Assembly: GCA_040219255.1 (NCBI GenBank)
Contig: JAVJSW010000064.1
Span: 1 to 50,541 of the forward strand
Length of the DNA: 50,541 nucleotides
Direction of reading: 5' to 3'
DNA from: Sumerlaeia bacterium
GTDB taxonomy: Bacteria > Sumerlaeota > Sumerlaeia > SLMS01 > JAHLLQ01
The stretch's first letter is position 1. Each line of letters opens with the position of its first letter. The translations under genes were made by a program, and so were the position numbers. Positions 29,441 through 39,058 of this stretch are shown one piece after another. The notes below the pieces were generated by a model. That model worked only from the letters and a program-made list of their open reading frames with translations. It did not search any database and had not been told where the DNA came from.

Positions 29441-32400
29441 CTACCGCGCCGCTTCCGCCACCAGCGCCACCGCGTCCGCTTCGTAAACCACCACCAATCG
29501 CACTCCCCCGCCCACTTCGAGGCCCTCCTCGCTGGCGAAGGTGCCGCTGACCGGGCCACCGGTGACGATGTCGAAACGGTCGCCCACGGTGGGCTGGAAG
29601 CCGTTGGCCAGGCTGACCGCCAGCGTGCCCGCCACGCGGGCGCCGGCGGTGTCGCCGACGCGCAGGTGGTCGTAGTCGGTGCCTTGGGCGGTGCCGCCGA
29701 GCTGGATCTCGATCCGCGCCGTGGAGGCCAGCGGGCAGGTGCCCAGGATCGTCAGGGTGCCAATGCCGTCGCCGCCCGGAGCCACCGTGCCCCGCAGGAA
29801 ATCCTGGGGCGGGTTGAATTCGCGGAAGGTGATCTGGCCTGTGCCGGCGAGGATGCCGCTTGGCGCGAAATCGATGACTCCGGCCCGGGTGAAATCCATC
29901 ACGGTGGGGGCGTTGACTTCGAAGGTGCCGGTATTGAGGAACTCGCGGGCGAAGATGCGCGCGTTGGATTTGAGGAACCGAATCGTGCCGCTGTTGTCGA
30001 GATTGGCTCCGGAACCGGGCACGGCGCAGTCGTTGTCCAGGTTGAAGGTGATCAGCCCGGCGTTCTCCAGGTGGCAATTGAAGGGGAAGTAGGGGGTCGA
30101 GCCGCCGTTCTCCGAGGTGACCGTCGCCGTGCCGGTGGGGTGGTTGATGAAGGCGTGCTCGCTGCCCGAACCGGCGCCGAAGGTCGTGGTGCTGAACCGG
30201 CGGTTGACGACGTTGACGGTGCCGAAGTTTTCGAAGTCGGCACCGATGGAGGTGTTGTGATCGGCGTAGAAGGTGGCGCCTTCCTTGTTGATCGCTCCGG
30301 CGCCGAAGAAGACATCGGCGGTGCCTTGGCGAACGACGCTGCCCGAGTTTTCGAAAGGCACGAGGATTTGAGCGGTTCGCAATTCATAGTCGCCTAGAAT
30401 TTCCAGCGAGGCGTTGGACGAGTCGCGCGCGGGCCGGATGATCGTGGGGACGGTGTCGAAGGCAGAGACTTGGAACCGGTCGGTCCTGAGCTTCGATCCC
30501 GCCGCGATGACCATGGGCCCTTCGAGGTCGAGGACCGTGCCCAGCAGCGAAAGCGTGCGCATGCCTGTGCCTTCCGTACCGACGTCTAGCGATTCGGCGC
30601 CGATGGTGAATCGCGTCGAAGTGACCGTGTAGGTACCTGGCGCGTTGATGTCGACGGTGTCGCCAAAGGTGGGCCGGCGGCCGATGTCCCAGTTGGTGTC
30701 GACGTTCCAGTCGCCGGTGGTGCCTGTGGTCCAGGCCGCGGCGCCGTCCTCGATGACCTGGAACCGCCAAAGCGTCGAACCGGACAGGCGGTTTCCGAAT
30801 TCATCGAGGATGTCGAAGCCGGAGAAGCGGACCTCGTAATTCCCCGCCGGGAATGGGACGGGATAGGTGAGCGTGACGGTCTTAGCGGCGTCATCGTAGG
30901 TGAAGTTCCCCCCCGGCACGCGGAAGGAGTCCTCATTGTCGGCGTCGTCAATGGGGAAGAATCCGTCGGGTCCGGCGGACCAGACGAAGAAGTTGGCGTC
31001 CGTATCGTCGGCGTCGAAGGTGCTGACATCGACCCCGAAATCGAAGGTCGCGGTGATCTGGTTCAGGGTTTCGGGCGTCTGGATCACGGTGCCGTCGGCG
31101 GGTGTGAAGGCGGTCAGGGTCACGAATTCCACGTCGAAGGACCATGAGAACTCTCGCGAGAGGGGGTTGCCGTTGGCGCTGCGGATTCCGGTTTTTAGCA
31201 AACCGCTCTTGAAACCCCCGGGGATCGGCGGGTCGAAAGTGGCGACGGCGGTGCGGGTATCGGGGAAATACTCAACCGACACGGGCTGAATTTCTGTTTG
31301 GCCAAAGCTGCCCTTTTCGGCGCCTTTCGAACCGAAGTCTTCTTCGATCAGGACAAACGTCCCGGTGGTCAGGCTGTCCGGATCCATGTCGACGCCAAAG
31401 GTGGCTTCCAGCCGATTCGTGCCCGGCGGCACGGTCGAGCCATCTTGAGGGATGACGCTCAGTGGCGACGGCCCTTCGACTTCGAACTCCCAGGAGAAAT
31501 CTCCGGCCAGGGGCGAACCGGTGCGATCCCTGACATCCCGGCTGACCTGCACCTTGTAGCTCCCGGAATTGAGGGGGTCGGTGAAGGAACCGGTGACGGT
31601 TCGCGCCGCGTCATCGTAGACAAGCGATTCGAAGGGTACGAGGTTGTCGATCCCCTTGTCGCTCTGTGTCGTGGTTCCCACTTGGACGGTCTGGCCATTG
31701 AAGGTCAGCGGGTCCATCGGCCGGTCGAAGGTGAAGGAAATTTCGCTGACCGCGCCCAGAGGAAGGACCGCGAAATTCGGCGGCGTCGTCGAAACCACGG
31801 TCGGCCCCAGCAGGGTGAAGGACCACTGATAGATATTCGCCAGCGGATTGCCCAGCACATCCGCCACGTCCATGGTGACTTCGCCCCGGTATTGTCCGGG
31901 ATCGAGGGGGCGGAAGAATGCGAGCGAGGCAACGCCCGTCTCGGGATCGAAGGTGAGGCTGTCGGGAATGACGGGTTCTTCCGCCGGATTGACGCCTTTC
32001 AGTTCGCCATCCTTCAGGGGTCCATTGCCCGAGTCCAGAATGCGGAAGAGTTTGATGGAGTCGCGTGTGATGGTGGAGGGAGCCATGGCGCCCTCGAAGC
32101 CGACATCGACGCGTGTGACCGAGGTATTGGCGATCTGCTGACCAGAGGACGGAACGGTGAATTCGACGCGCGGACCGCGGACTGTGAAGGTCCAGGTGAA
32201 TTCGCTGTCCATGGGAAGGCCATTGCGGCCCTCGACGGTGGTGGTCAGCCGGCCGGTATAGTTGCCCACCGGCAAGGGCGAAGCGGGCAGGAACTCGGCG
32301 GTGGCGGCTCCGGCGATCACGCGAAGAGCGCCGGAAATGACCGCGTCGTCGCCCGTGCCCAGGGTGCCGTCGGCGCCGTGATTGACGATCTGGAAGGAAT

Positions 32401-35400
32401 CGGCGGTCAGGCTCGCGGCGTTGGGGATCTGGGAGAAATAGGCCTGAACTTTGGTGTTCGTCGGCACATTGGAGAAGGCGGTGGGGATGGTCGCGAGGAC
32501 CTCGATGGGTTCGGTGTTCTGCGCGATCGGAATCGATAACTCTTCGGCGAAGGTGAGGTTGCCGGCCGTATCGACGGCGAAGCCGGAGACGGTGAGCGAT
32601 TCGCCCGGCGTGAACGGCACGCGCACCGTTGTCTGGAAGGGATAGGACGAGTCGTTGGTCAAATCCGCGCCGTCGAGGCGCAGCGTCACATTGCGCACTT
32701 GCACATCGTCGGTGGCGTTCGCCGTGATGACCAGTAGATCGCCCTCGGTAACGGGCCCGGTCAGGGGTTCGCCGTCGACGCAGGCTTCGAGCACGATCAC
32801 CGGAGCGACGGTCCCGGTTTCCGCGGCCTGATAGGCCAGCACCGCAAGCCCGGCTTCCGAGTCGGCGACGTAGGCCAAGCCGTTGCCGATTTCCACGGCG
32901 GCGGCCAGGCCCGGCGTTTCGAACTCCTGGATGAAGTCGTTGGTGATGGCCGGATCGGACACATCGTAGATCGAAATGTGATGCGGGCCGTCGTCGGTCG
33001 AGTTGGGACTCACCGCGGCGACGCCTAGCCCAGCGCCGTTCGAGACGATTTGCTTCCATCCGAACTGTGCCGTATTGGCCTCGCCGAGGAGGGAGGGGCG
33101 GAAGGGATCGGACAAGTCGAAGGTGTTGTAGCCGGAGGTTTCGATGGCGAAGAGTGTGTCTTTGCCCACGAATAGGCGAGGCCGGCGCTGGCCCGCGCCA
33201 ATGCCGCCGTCGTAGAAGGCGCTTCCGGTGCTGCGCAGCAGTGGCCCATCGAAAAGCGCGTATGTCTGCACCGAGAAGCCGTTGGTGCCGGAGAGCGAGT
33301 AGAGGATGCCCTTGCCCAGGCGGAGGTCCTGCACCGGCGAGAAGGTGGATTGGGTAGCCAGGAGCAGACCGGTGACCGCGTCGTACACGCGAATCTGGCC
33401 GTCGCGCCAGCCGCTGAAAACCAAGCCGGCGCCCACTTCGACGCTCAGGCATTCGTTTTCCGTTTCCTGCACAAGGCGCAGCAGAACCGGGTTGGCCGGG
33501 TCGGACAGATCGACCATGGCCATGCCGGCCCGGCCCAGCGCCAGCGCCGCCACGCCGCGGTCGTAGGCCACGGCGCCCGCTTCGCCAGGCAGCAGGAGCA
33601 GGGACAGCAGCACCGGCGACCGCCCCGCGAAGGCGTTGAAGACAGCAAGGCCCTGGCCTTCGGCGGCGACGAGGACAAGTCCGTCGCCACTCCGAACGTC
33701 CGTCGCCGTGCCGGGGAGGAGGGCCCGCGCGAGCAATCCCGTCTGGCCCGCGAGGCCATCCAGCGGGTCGCGCCCTTGGATCACCTCCTCGCCATCGTCC
33801 ATGTCGTCGTCGTCCGTGTCCGGGTTCGCGTCGCTGGTGCCGATGATGGCTTCGATTTCGGCGGTCAGGCCGTCGCCGTCGTCGTCCGGTGCGGTCGAAG
33901 GCGAGAAGAGGAACGGGTCGAGCTGCAAGTTTTGACCCGAAGGCAGGCTTGTGAATTCCTTATCGGCCACGAGGAACGATTTGGGATGGAAAACGCGCGC
34001 GCGGTAGTCCGTCTCGGCCCGAAGGCGAATGGGGCGGGCGAAGACTTCGCCGTAGCTCTGCACCGTTCCCCGGCTGGTGCGATTGCGGTCCAGGTTGTCG
34101 AGACGATAGAACATCTTGCCGGTCAGGGTGCGGTTCGCCTCGGCGGCGAGTCCCTTCTCGGCGATGGGTTCGCTGGAAAGTCCCCGGGCCCGCAGGGCCT
34201 CGGCCAGCGGGTCGACGGTCCTGGACAGGGTTCCACCGTTCAGCCGCAGGAGCACGTCGTCCACAGAGGGCTGGCCGAGCGACAAGAGGTTCTTCGGAGT
34301 GGGCGGCGTTCCGGCCTGTACCGGGATGGTGACGGAGCGGGTGCATTGGGTCCCGCAGGGGGACTCGAGCGTCGCCGTCACCGTTACGTCTCCTGCGGTG
34401 GGCATTTCCACAATCCCGCAAGTGCCCGTCAACGGTACTCCGTTGGAGAGTTGCCAAGTCAATTCGCCGTCGGAGCTCTCGAGGCCGACATTGTTGGGGA
34501 AGTCGCGATACGAGCAAATGACCACCAATTCCCCCTCGAAGATCGAACGGTCGCCGGTTTCGACGAAGCGGGTTGTGACGGGAGCGAACTGCACGCTTTC
34601 CAGAGCGCAACGCGCTTGACTGCCAACGCTGATGGGGACGACGACGAGGCAGACATCGCCGCAGGCGGTCTCGTAACGCGCCCGCAAATCGAATGTACCC
34701 GGCGTGCAAACCTGGAATGCAACAAGGGGCGACTGGGTACCGAGCGCACCGAATCGCACATCGACTCCCGGAGGCGCCGACCATGTCAGGCTTCCGCCAG
34801 TCGTTTGCAGCGTTCTGCCGTCGCTGTCGAGGGCCTCGGCGAGGATCGTGTCGTTGATCTGGGCCGGGAATTCGCCGTTCGCATTCAGGATTTGCACATC
34901 CGCCAGATTGCAGGCGATTTGGTCCAGTTCTTCCTGTGGGATCGTAAAGCTGATCGTGCGTTCGCAATCGCCGTCGCCGCAGGGAATGCTCAGCTCGGCG
35001 GTGATGAAGTGGGGACCGGGGCCACAGAATTGAGCCATGAAGACATGGCCCGCGGCGGCCTGGGGCTCGGCGGTAGGGGCGAACCAGTTGACGATGCCCT
35101 GGGTGTGGTCGAACGGGACGCTGAAGGTGCGCCGGCCTCGTTGGCCGCCTTCGATCGTGATCGGTCCAAGGTCGCACTCGGCGGGCGTTACGCCCTCGCA
35201 TTCGTCCCGGGCTTCGCCGCCTTCCACTGTCGAGCCGGGGGCGGTGCCGTGCCAGCCGGGTTGGGGAATGCCCACGCCCGGGTCTGTGCAGATCAGGGTG
35301 CCGTCCTGGGAAACCGTCATGGACCCGGCGATTTCAAAGCGCCCGGTGTCGTGATTGAAACTGAAGAGGGCGCTCTTTTCGCCCGGAGCGAGCGGCTGAC

Positions 35401-36694
35401 CCGATTCCGGGTCGGGCAGGTTCGGGAAGCAGGCCACAACGGGTTCTGCGAAATTCTCGGGGCCATCGGTTTGCACCGTGATCACCAGGGGCATCGCCAG
35501 GTCGTCGGGCAGGGGCTCGGGCAGGCGGTCCGCCGGCACCGGGGCGATCCCCACGCGGCCGCCCACTTCGCCGTCGTCGGCGTAGAGGGCTCCCTGCGGG
35601 ACGATCAGTCCGACGCCCGCGAATTCGGGGAACTGGGTCAGCACCGCGCCGGGGAATCCGACCGATGTGTCGCCCGTTTCGTTCAGCACAACGAGGGAGC
35701 CCTCAGGCACGAGCGGCAGGTAGATCTCCCCCACCGAAGTTTCCACGCCCGCGTTGGCGAACCACTTCTTGCCCACGAAGGGATAGTATGGCCCGCCGGG
35801 AAAGAGCGTCGGATCGCCGCCGGGAGTGGTGGTCACGGTGCGGCCGTCGATATAGACGAAGAACTCGCCTGCGGGGACGCCTTCCATGGTGAAATTCCCC
35901 GCCATGTCGGTCACGGTAAAGACCGTGTCTTCAGCGCCCTGGAGGTAAATTTTCACGCCCGCCAGCGGATCGTTCACGGTGACCGGCGAGCCCTTGGCGG
36001 CGGAGAGTTCGGAGGCGAAGACGCGGCCCATGACGGATGTGCCGGGCAGGCCAGCGAGAGAAAGAGTTTCGAATTCCAGGCGCCCGATGCCCCCGGGCGA
36101 TCCGTCGTCATCGGCGTCCACCGGCCGGCCAAAAAGATCCCGCAGTTCTTCGCCATCGACGTAGATGCTGACGACGGCGGCGGAGGGCAGGACGGACTGA
36201 TAGAAGAGCGAAACGGTCCGGCCATCGGCGGAGAGCTGCAACCGGGCCGGAAGCGCCTGCTTCGCGAAGAAGGCTCGGATCGCCTGAGAGGTCACCGTCG
36301 CCGGGTCCAGCGGTTCGTCGAAGGTCAGAATCGACTCGCGGTGAACGGCCACGCCGTCCTCGCCATCGGCGGGGGAAGATTTGAGCAGGCGGGTTCGTTC
36401 GCCGGAAGGCGTTGGCGTCGGTGTCGGTGTGCCGGTCGGCGTGGGCGAGGCCGTGGGCGTCGGAGTGGACGTTGGGGTCGGGGTGGGCGTGGGCGTGCCG
36501 CCCAACGTCAAAGACCGCACGAGGTCCGCTGAGTCAAACACGCCATCGGCGTTGAGGTCGGTCCGGAGGGGACCGTCTTCCAGCAGGCCGGTCACCAGGT
36601 CCCCGAAGGGTGGGGTCCCGGCATGGATCGCCGAGGACAGGAACGACGCCGCAAGACACACCAGAAGGGTACGGCAGAAAGACAGACAACGCAT
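29441..36694 (-). CDS. Giant (~2417 aa) secreted multidomain protein
   Basis: Signal peptide; dockerin/EF-hand-like DLNADGVFDSADL; PT linker; SbsA/Big_5-like Ig repeats (…D..GNPL…Y/FSWxF); Cys-paired modules; DDDGDGL Ca-binding repeats; LVIVD-like propeller; beta-helix-like C-terminus. Confidence 0.85.
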   Translation of the reverse strand: MRCLSFCRTLLVCLAASFLSSAIHAGTPPFGDLVTGLLEDGPLRTDLNADGVFDSADLVRSLTLGGTPTPTPTPTSTPTPTASPTPTGTPTPTPTPSGERTRLLKSSPADGEDGVAVHRESILTFDEPLDPATVTSQAIRAFFAKQALPARLQLSADGRTVSLFYQSVLPSAAVVSIYVDGEELRDLFGRPVDADDDGSPGGIGRLEFETLSLAGLPGTSVMGRVFASELSAAKGSPVTVNDPLAGVKIYLQGAEDTVFTVTDMAGNFTMEGVPAGEFFVYIDGRTVTTTPGGDPTLFPGGPYYPFVGKKWFANAGVETSVGEIYLPLVPEGSLVVLNETGDTSVGFPGAVLTQFPEFAGVGLIVPQGALYADDGEVGGRVGIAPVPADRLPEPLPDDLAMPLVITVQTDGPENFAEPVVACFPNLPDPESGQPLAPGEKSALFSFNHDTGRFEIAGSMTVSQDGTLICTDPGVGIPQPGWHGTAPGSTVEGGEARDECEGVTPAECDLGPITIEGGQRGRRTFSVPFDHTQGIVNWFAPTAEPQAAAGHVFMAQFCGPGPHFITAELSIPCGDGDCERTISFTIPQEELDQIACNLADVQILNANGEFPAQINDTILAEALDSDGRTLQTTGGSLTWSAPPGVDVRFGALGTQSPLVAFQVCTPGTFDLRARYETACGDVCLVVVPISVGSQARCALESVQFAPVTTRFVETGDRSIFEGELVVICSYRDFPNNVGLESSDGELTWQLSNGVPLTGTCGIVEMPTAGDVTVTATLESPCGTQCTRSVTIPVQAGTPPTPKNLLSLGQPSVDDVLLRLNGGTLSRTVDPLAEALRARGLSSEPIAEKGLAAEANRTLTGKMFYRLDNLDRNRTSRGTVQSYGEVFARPIRLRAETDYRARVFHPKSFLVADKEFTSLPSGQNLQLDPFLFSPSTAPDDDGDGLTAEIEAIIGTSDANPDTDDDDMDDGEEVIQGRDPLDGLAGQTGLLARALLPGTATDVRSGDGLVLVAAEGQGLAVFNAFAGRSPVLLSLLLLPGEAGAVAYDRGVAALALGRAGMAMVDLSDPANPVLLRLVQETENECLSVEVGAGLVFSGWRDGQIRVYDAVTGLLLATQSTFSPVQDLRLGKGILYSLSGTNGFSVQTYALFDGPLLRSTGSAFYDGGIGAGQRRPRLFVGKDTLFAIETSGYNTFDLSDPFRPSLLGEANTAQFGWKQIVSNGAGLGVAAVSPNSTDDGPHHISIYDVSDPAITNDFIQEFETPGLAAAVEIGNGLAYVADSEAGLAVLAYQAAETGTVAPVIVLEACVDGEPLTGPVTEGDLLVITANATDDVQVRNVTLRLDGADLTNDSSYPFQTTVRVPFTPGESLTVSGFAVDTAGNLTFAEELSIPIAQNTEPIEVLATIPTAFSNVPTNTKVQAYFSQIPNAASLTADSFQIVNHGADGTLGTGDDAVISGALRVIAGAATAEFLPASPLPVGNYTGRLTTTVEGRNGLPMDSEFTWTFTVRGPRVEFTVPSSGQQIANTSVTRVDVGFEGAMAPSTITRDSIKLFRILDSGNGPLKDGELKGVNPAEEPVIPDSLTFDPETGVASLAFFRPLDPGQYRGEVTMDVADVLGNPLANIYQWSFTLLGPTVVSTTPPNFAVLPLGAVSEISFTFDRPMDPLTFNGQTVQVGTTTQSDKGIDNLVPFESLVYDDAARTVTGSFTDPLNSGSYKVQVSRDVRDRTGSPLAGDFSWEFEVEGPSPLSVIPQDGSTVPPGTNRLEATFGVDMDPDSLTTGTFVLIEEDFGSKGAEKGSFGQTEIQPVSVEYFPDTRTAVATFDPPIPGGFKSGLLKTGIRSANGNPLSREFSWSFDVEFVTLTAFTPADGTVIQTPETLNQITATFDFGVDVSTFDADDTDANFFVWSAGPDGFFPIDDADNEDSFRVPGGNFTYDDAAKTVTLTYPVPFPAGNYEVRFSGFDILDEFGNRLSGSTLWRFQVIEDGAAAWTTGTTGDWNVDTNWDIGRRPTFGDTVDINAPGTYTVTSTRFTIGAESLDVGTEGTGMRTLSLLGTVLDLEGPMVIAAGSKLRTDRFQVSAFDTVPTIIRPARDSSNASLEILGDYELRTAQILVPFENSGSVVRQGTADVFFGAGAINKEGATFYADHNTSIGADFENFGTVNVVNRRFSTTTFGAGSGSEHAFINHPTGTATVTSENGGSTPYFPFNCHLENAGLITFNLDNDCAVPGSGANLDNSGTIRFLKSNARIFAREFLNTGTFEVNAPTVMDFTRAGVIDFAPSGILAGTGQITFREFNPPQDFLRGTVAPGGDGIGTLTILGTCPLASTARIEIQLGGTAQGTDYDHLRVGDTAGARVAGTLAVSLANGFQPTVGDRFDIVTGGPVSGTFASEEGLEVGGGVRLVVVYEADAVALVAEAAR

Positions 36695-36851
36695 CAGGTC
36701 ACCGCTTATTTCGAATTTTAGCTTCTGGAGCCAATGTCCGGCGACGGCAAGTTGAGTCAACGGCAAAAGGCGACAGGGGGAATCGCCGTTGCCCAGGGGC
36801 TTGCCGGATCCCTCCCTGACAGCCGCCGGAGGCGACTCGAGCGCCCCCCGG

Positions 36852-36922
36852 ATTGGGACACCCAAGCCAAAGTTTGGCATACCAAATTACGGTTTGACTC
36901 CGCCCTCGCCCCCTCCCTTAAT
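36852..36922 (+). promoter_or_regulatory. Candidate sigma70 promoter with two tandem palindromic operator-like sites upstream of heme oxygenase
   Basis: ATTGG-N4-CCCAA (36852) and TTTGG-N4-CCAAA (36873), 21 bp apart; TTGACT-N17-CTTAAT. Confidence 0.45.
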
Positions 36923-37051
36923 CGCTCTTGCCCTGCCAAGCGGGCAGGCCCCGTCTCCCGGCTTCCCTTCCTGGGTTTCCCGGGAGCCTGACGGCCGCCA
37001 AGCAGGCCACGGGATTCACCTCTCCGCGTACTCCAAAGGACCGACCGCTCC

Positions 37052-37732
37052 ATGACGCAAGCCGCCGAAACGACCGAACTGACTTTGATCCAGCGCCTCA
37101 AAGCCGGTATCTGGGACATTCACGAAGGCGTGGCCAATCCCGCCCAGGAATCGTCGCCCAAGTCCGATGAGGACAACATCATGAAGGGCACGCTCCCCCG
37201 GTTCAAGTACGTCAACAACCTCAAGCAGCGCTACCTTCTCCAGAAGGCTTTCGAGGAAGTCCTCGCCGCCCACCGCGACAGCGAGCCGTTCCTCAACCGC
37301 GTCGTCACCGACGAGCAGTTCCACGCGCCCAAGGCCGCCGAGGACCTGCGCTTTTTCGGCGTGGATCCAGATACGGTCAAGTCCCTGCCTGCCACCGAGG
37401 ACATGATCGCCTTCTTCCACGCGACCGCCGAGCGCGACCCGCGCTTGCTCCTGTCGATCCACTATATCATCGAAGGCAGCAACAACGGCGCGATGTTCAT
37501 CGCGAAAGCCGTCAAGAAGGCCTACGACCTCGAAGGCACCGACGGCACCTATCACCTCCAGCCGTACGGCCCCGCTATCCGCGAGAAGTGGTCGGCCTTT
37601 GGCCAGGCCTTCAACACGCTGCCCATCGACGACGCCCTGATGGCCAAGATGATCCAGGTCGGCCGCGAGACCTTTGGCCACATGAACAAGGTCGGTGCCG
37701 AGTCCTACGCTCAGCCGGAGAGCGCCGCATGA
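37052..37732 (+). CDS. Heme oxygenase (biliverdin-producing family)
   Basis: N-terminal proximal His (WDIHEG); distal helix YIIEGSNNGAMFI; W…F C-terminal pattern. Confidence 0.82.
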   Translation: MTQAAETTELTLIQRLKAGIWDIHEGVANPAQESSPKSDEDNIMKGTLPRFKYVNNLKQRYLLQKAFEEVLAAHRDSEPFLNRVVTDEQFHAPKAAEDLRFFGVDPDTVKSLPATEDMIAFFHATAERDPRLLLSIHYIIEGSNNGAMFIAKAVKKAYDLEGTDGTYHLQPYGPAIREKWSAFGQAFNTLPIDDALMAKMIQVGRETFGHMNKVGAESYAQPESAA

Positions 37733-38277
37733 GCCAGCCGACTCTCGACCTCGCCGATTTCGCCGACCTGCGCGAGAAGGTGGCGCGGAAACTCGAAGCC
37801 AACCCAAGCATCAAGACCGCCATGCTTGCCGACGCCCTCGGCGTTCGGGAAGACGACGTTCTGCGCGCCATGCCCGATGGCTACGCCACCGAGCTGGACC
37901 CCGCCCAGGCCGAAGCCATCGTTCGCGAAATCGAACTCCTCGGCACCCTCTACGTCGTGGTGCGCAATCCCATGACCGTGATCGAAGTCACCGGTAAGTT
38001 CGGCGGCTTCAGCCAATCCGGCCCGTTCTTCAACGTGGCGACGGAGCGCCTGCACATGCACCTGCGGCTGGATCGGGTGGCGGCGATCTTCGCCGTCCAG
38101 CCCCCGGCCAAGGACGACGCCGGCCCGTCCATGACCTCGATCCAGTTTTTCGATGCGGACGGCGCGTCCGGGCTGAAGACGTTCCTGCTGCCCTCGGCCA
38201 TCGAGGCGGCGGGGGAATCGCTGGAGGCCAACCTGGCGGCCTGGGCGGCCCTGCGGGATCGCTTCGTGAAGGCCTGA
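37729..38277 (+). CDS. HutX/ChuX/HemS-family heme-binding protein
   Basis: ATGA overlap with the upstream gene; LADALGVRE, VIEVTG, HMHLRLD, SIQFFD. Confidence 0.82.
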   Translation: MSQPTLDLADFADLREKVARKLEANPSIKTAMLADALGVREDDVLRAMPDGYATELDPAQAEAIVREIELLGTLYVVVRNPMTVIEVTGKFGGFSQSGPFFNVATERLHMHLRLDRVAAIFAVQPPAKDDAGPSMTSIQFFDADGASGLKTFLLPSAIEAAGESLEANLAAWAALRDRFVKA

Positions 38278-38291
38278 TCAATCCGCGCCCC

Positions 38292-38390
38292 GCACAGGCA
38301 AGAGTGCCTGTGCCACATTTCGCATCCATTCGCCACCGGCAACCTCTGTAGCACAGACTCTCCAGTCTGTGCCACTCTCCAGTCTGTGCC
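38292..38390. repeat. REP-like palindromes between convergent genes
   Basis: GCACAGGCA-AGAG-TGCCTGTGC(CAC); GTA-GCACAGACT-CTCC-AGTCTGTGC(CAC); 17-bp tandem duplication at 38357/38374. Confidence 0.7.
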
Positions 38391-38431
38391 TCATACAGGG
38401 GCCCTTCAGCCTTCGCCGCCAACTACGAGCT

Positions 38432-38944
38432 TTACTCTCCCGGACAACTTTCCACGTCACCCGCCCCCGCATCCATCCGGCCGCGAGCCCGTTCGCGGCG
38501 GCCTTCGCACTCCCGCAGGTCCCCCGTACCGCCCAATCCGAAGGGCGGCATGTTGATGTAGATGGCCTCCCAATCGCCCCCGCGTGAGAGGTAGGACTCG
38601 TGGAAGACGCCGACGTCGCCGCCGGTTCCGACGCGGCGGGTGAACTCCGCCCAGCCTTTGCTGTGCAGCCGCTGCGGGTCCTGGGCGTAGGCGTGCAGAT
38701 CCTCGACGGAGCGCCAGTACTGAACCGTCATCATCACGCCGCCGGGGCCGAGGAGCGGCTCGTAACCGAGAAAGCCGTTGGCGGGGGCGCCGGTCTTCAA
38801 TTCACGGATCATGGCCCAGAATGCGCGGAAGACAGGTAGCCACTGCCAGACCTTCCACTTGCGATTGATGCGCATGCCGATCAGCAGCACCACGACGGGG
38901 CCGGTGTGGGTGGTGGTCAGGCGGGCGGGGCGTACTGGGCTCAT
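38432..38944 (-). CDS. DUF4188 / heme-dependent dehydratase-like protein
   Basis: VVVLLIGMRIN, VQYWRSVEDLHAYA, H…W…F, GVFHESY, EAIYINMPPFGL. Confidence 0.85.
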   Translation of the reverse strand: MSPVRPARLTTTHTGPVVVLLIGMRINRKWKVWQWLPVFRAFWAMIRELKTGAPANGFLGYEPLLGPGGVMMTVQYWRSVEDLHAYAQDPQRLHSKGWAEFTRRVGTGGDVGVFHESYLSRGGDWEAIYINMPPFGLGGTGDLRECEGRRERARGRMDAGAGDVESCPGE

Positions 38945-39058
38945 GGGGCGATGGGACCTTCCGCTCCCGCGCGACGCCAAGGGAATTCCCGTTGCCCGGC
39001 GGGCGCCGCGCCCGCTTTTTTGGCCTCCCGAGTTTGCGAAGGACCCGACCCGTTTCCC

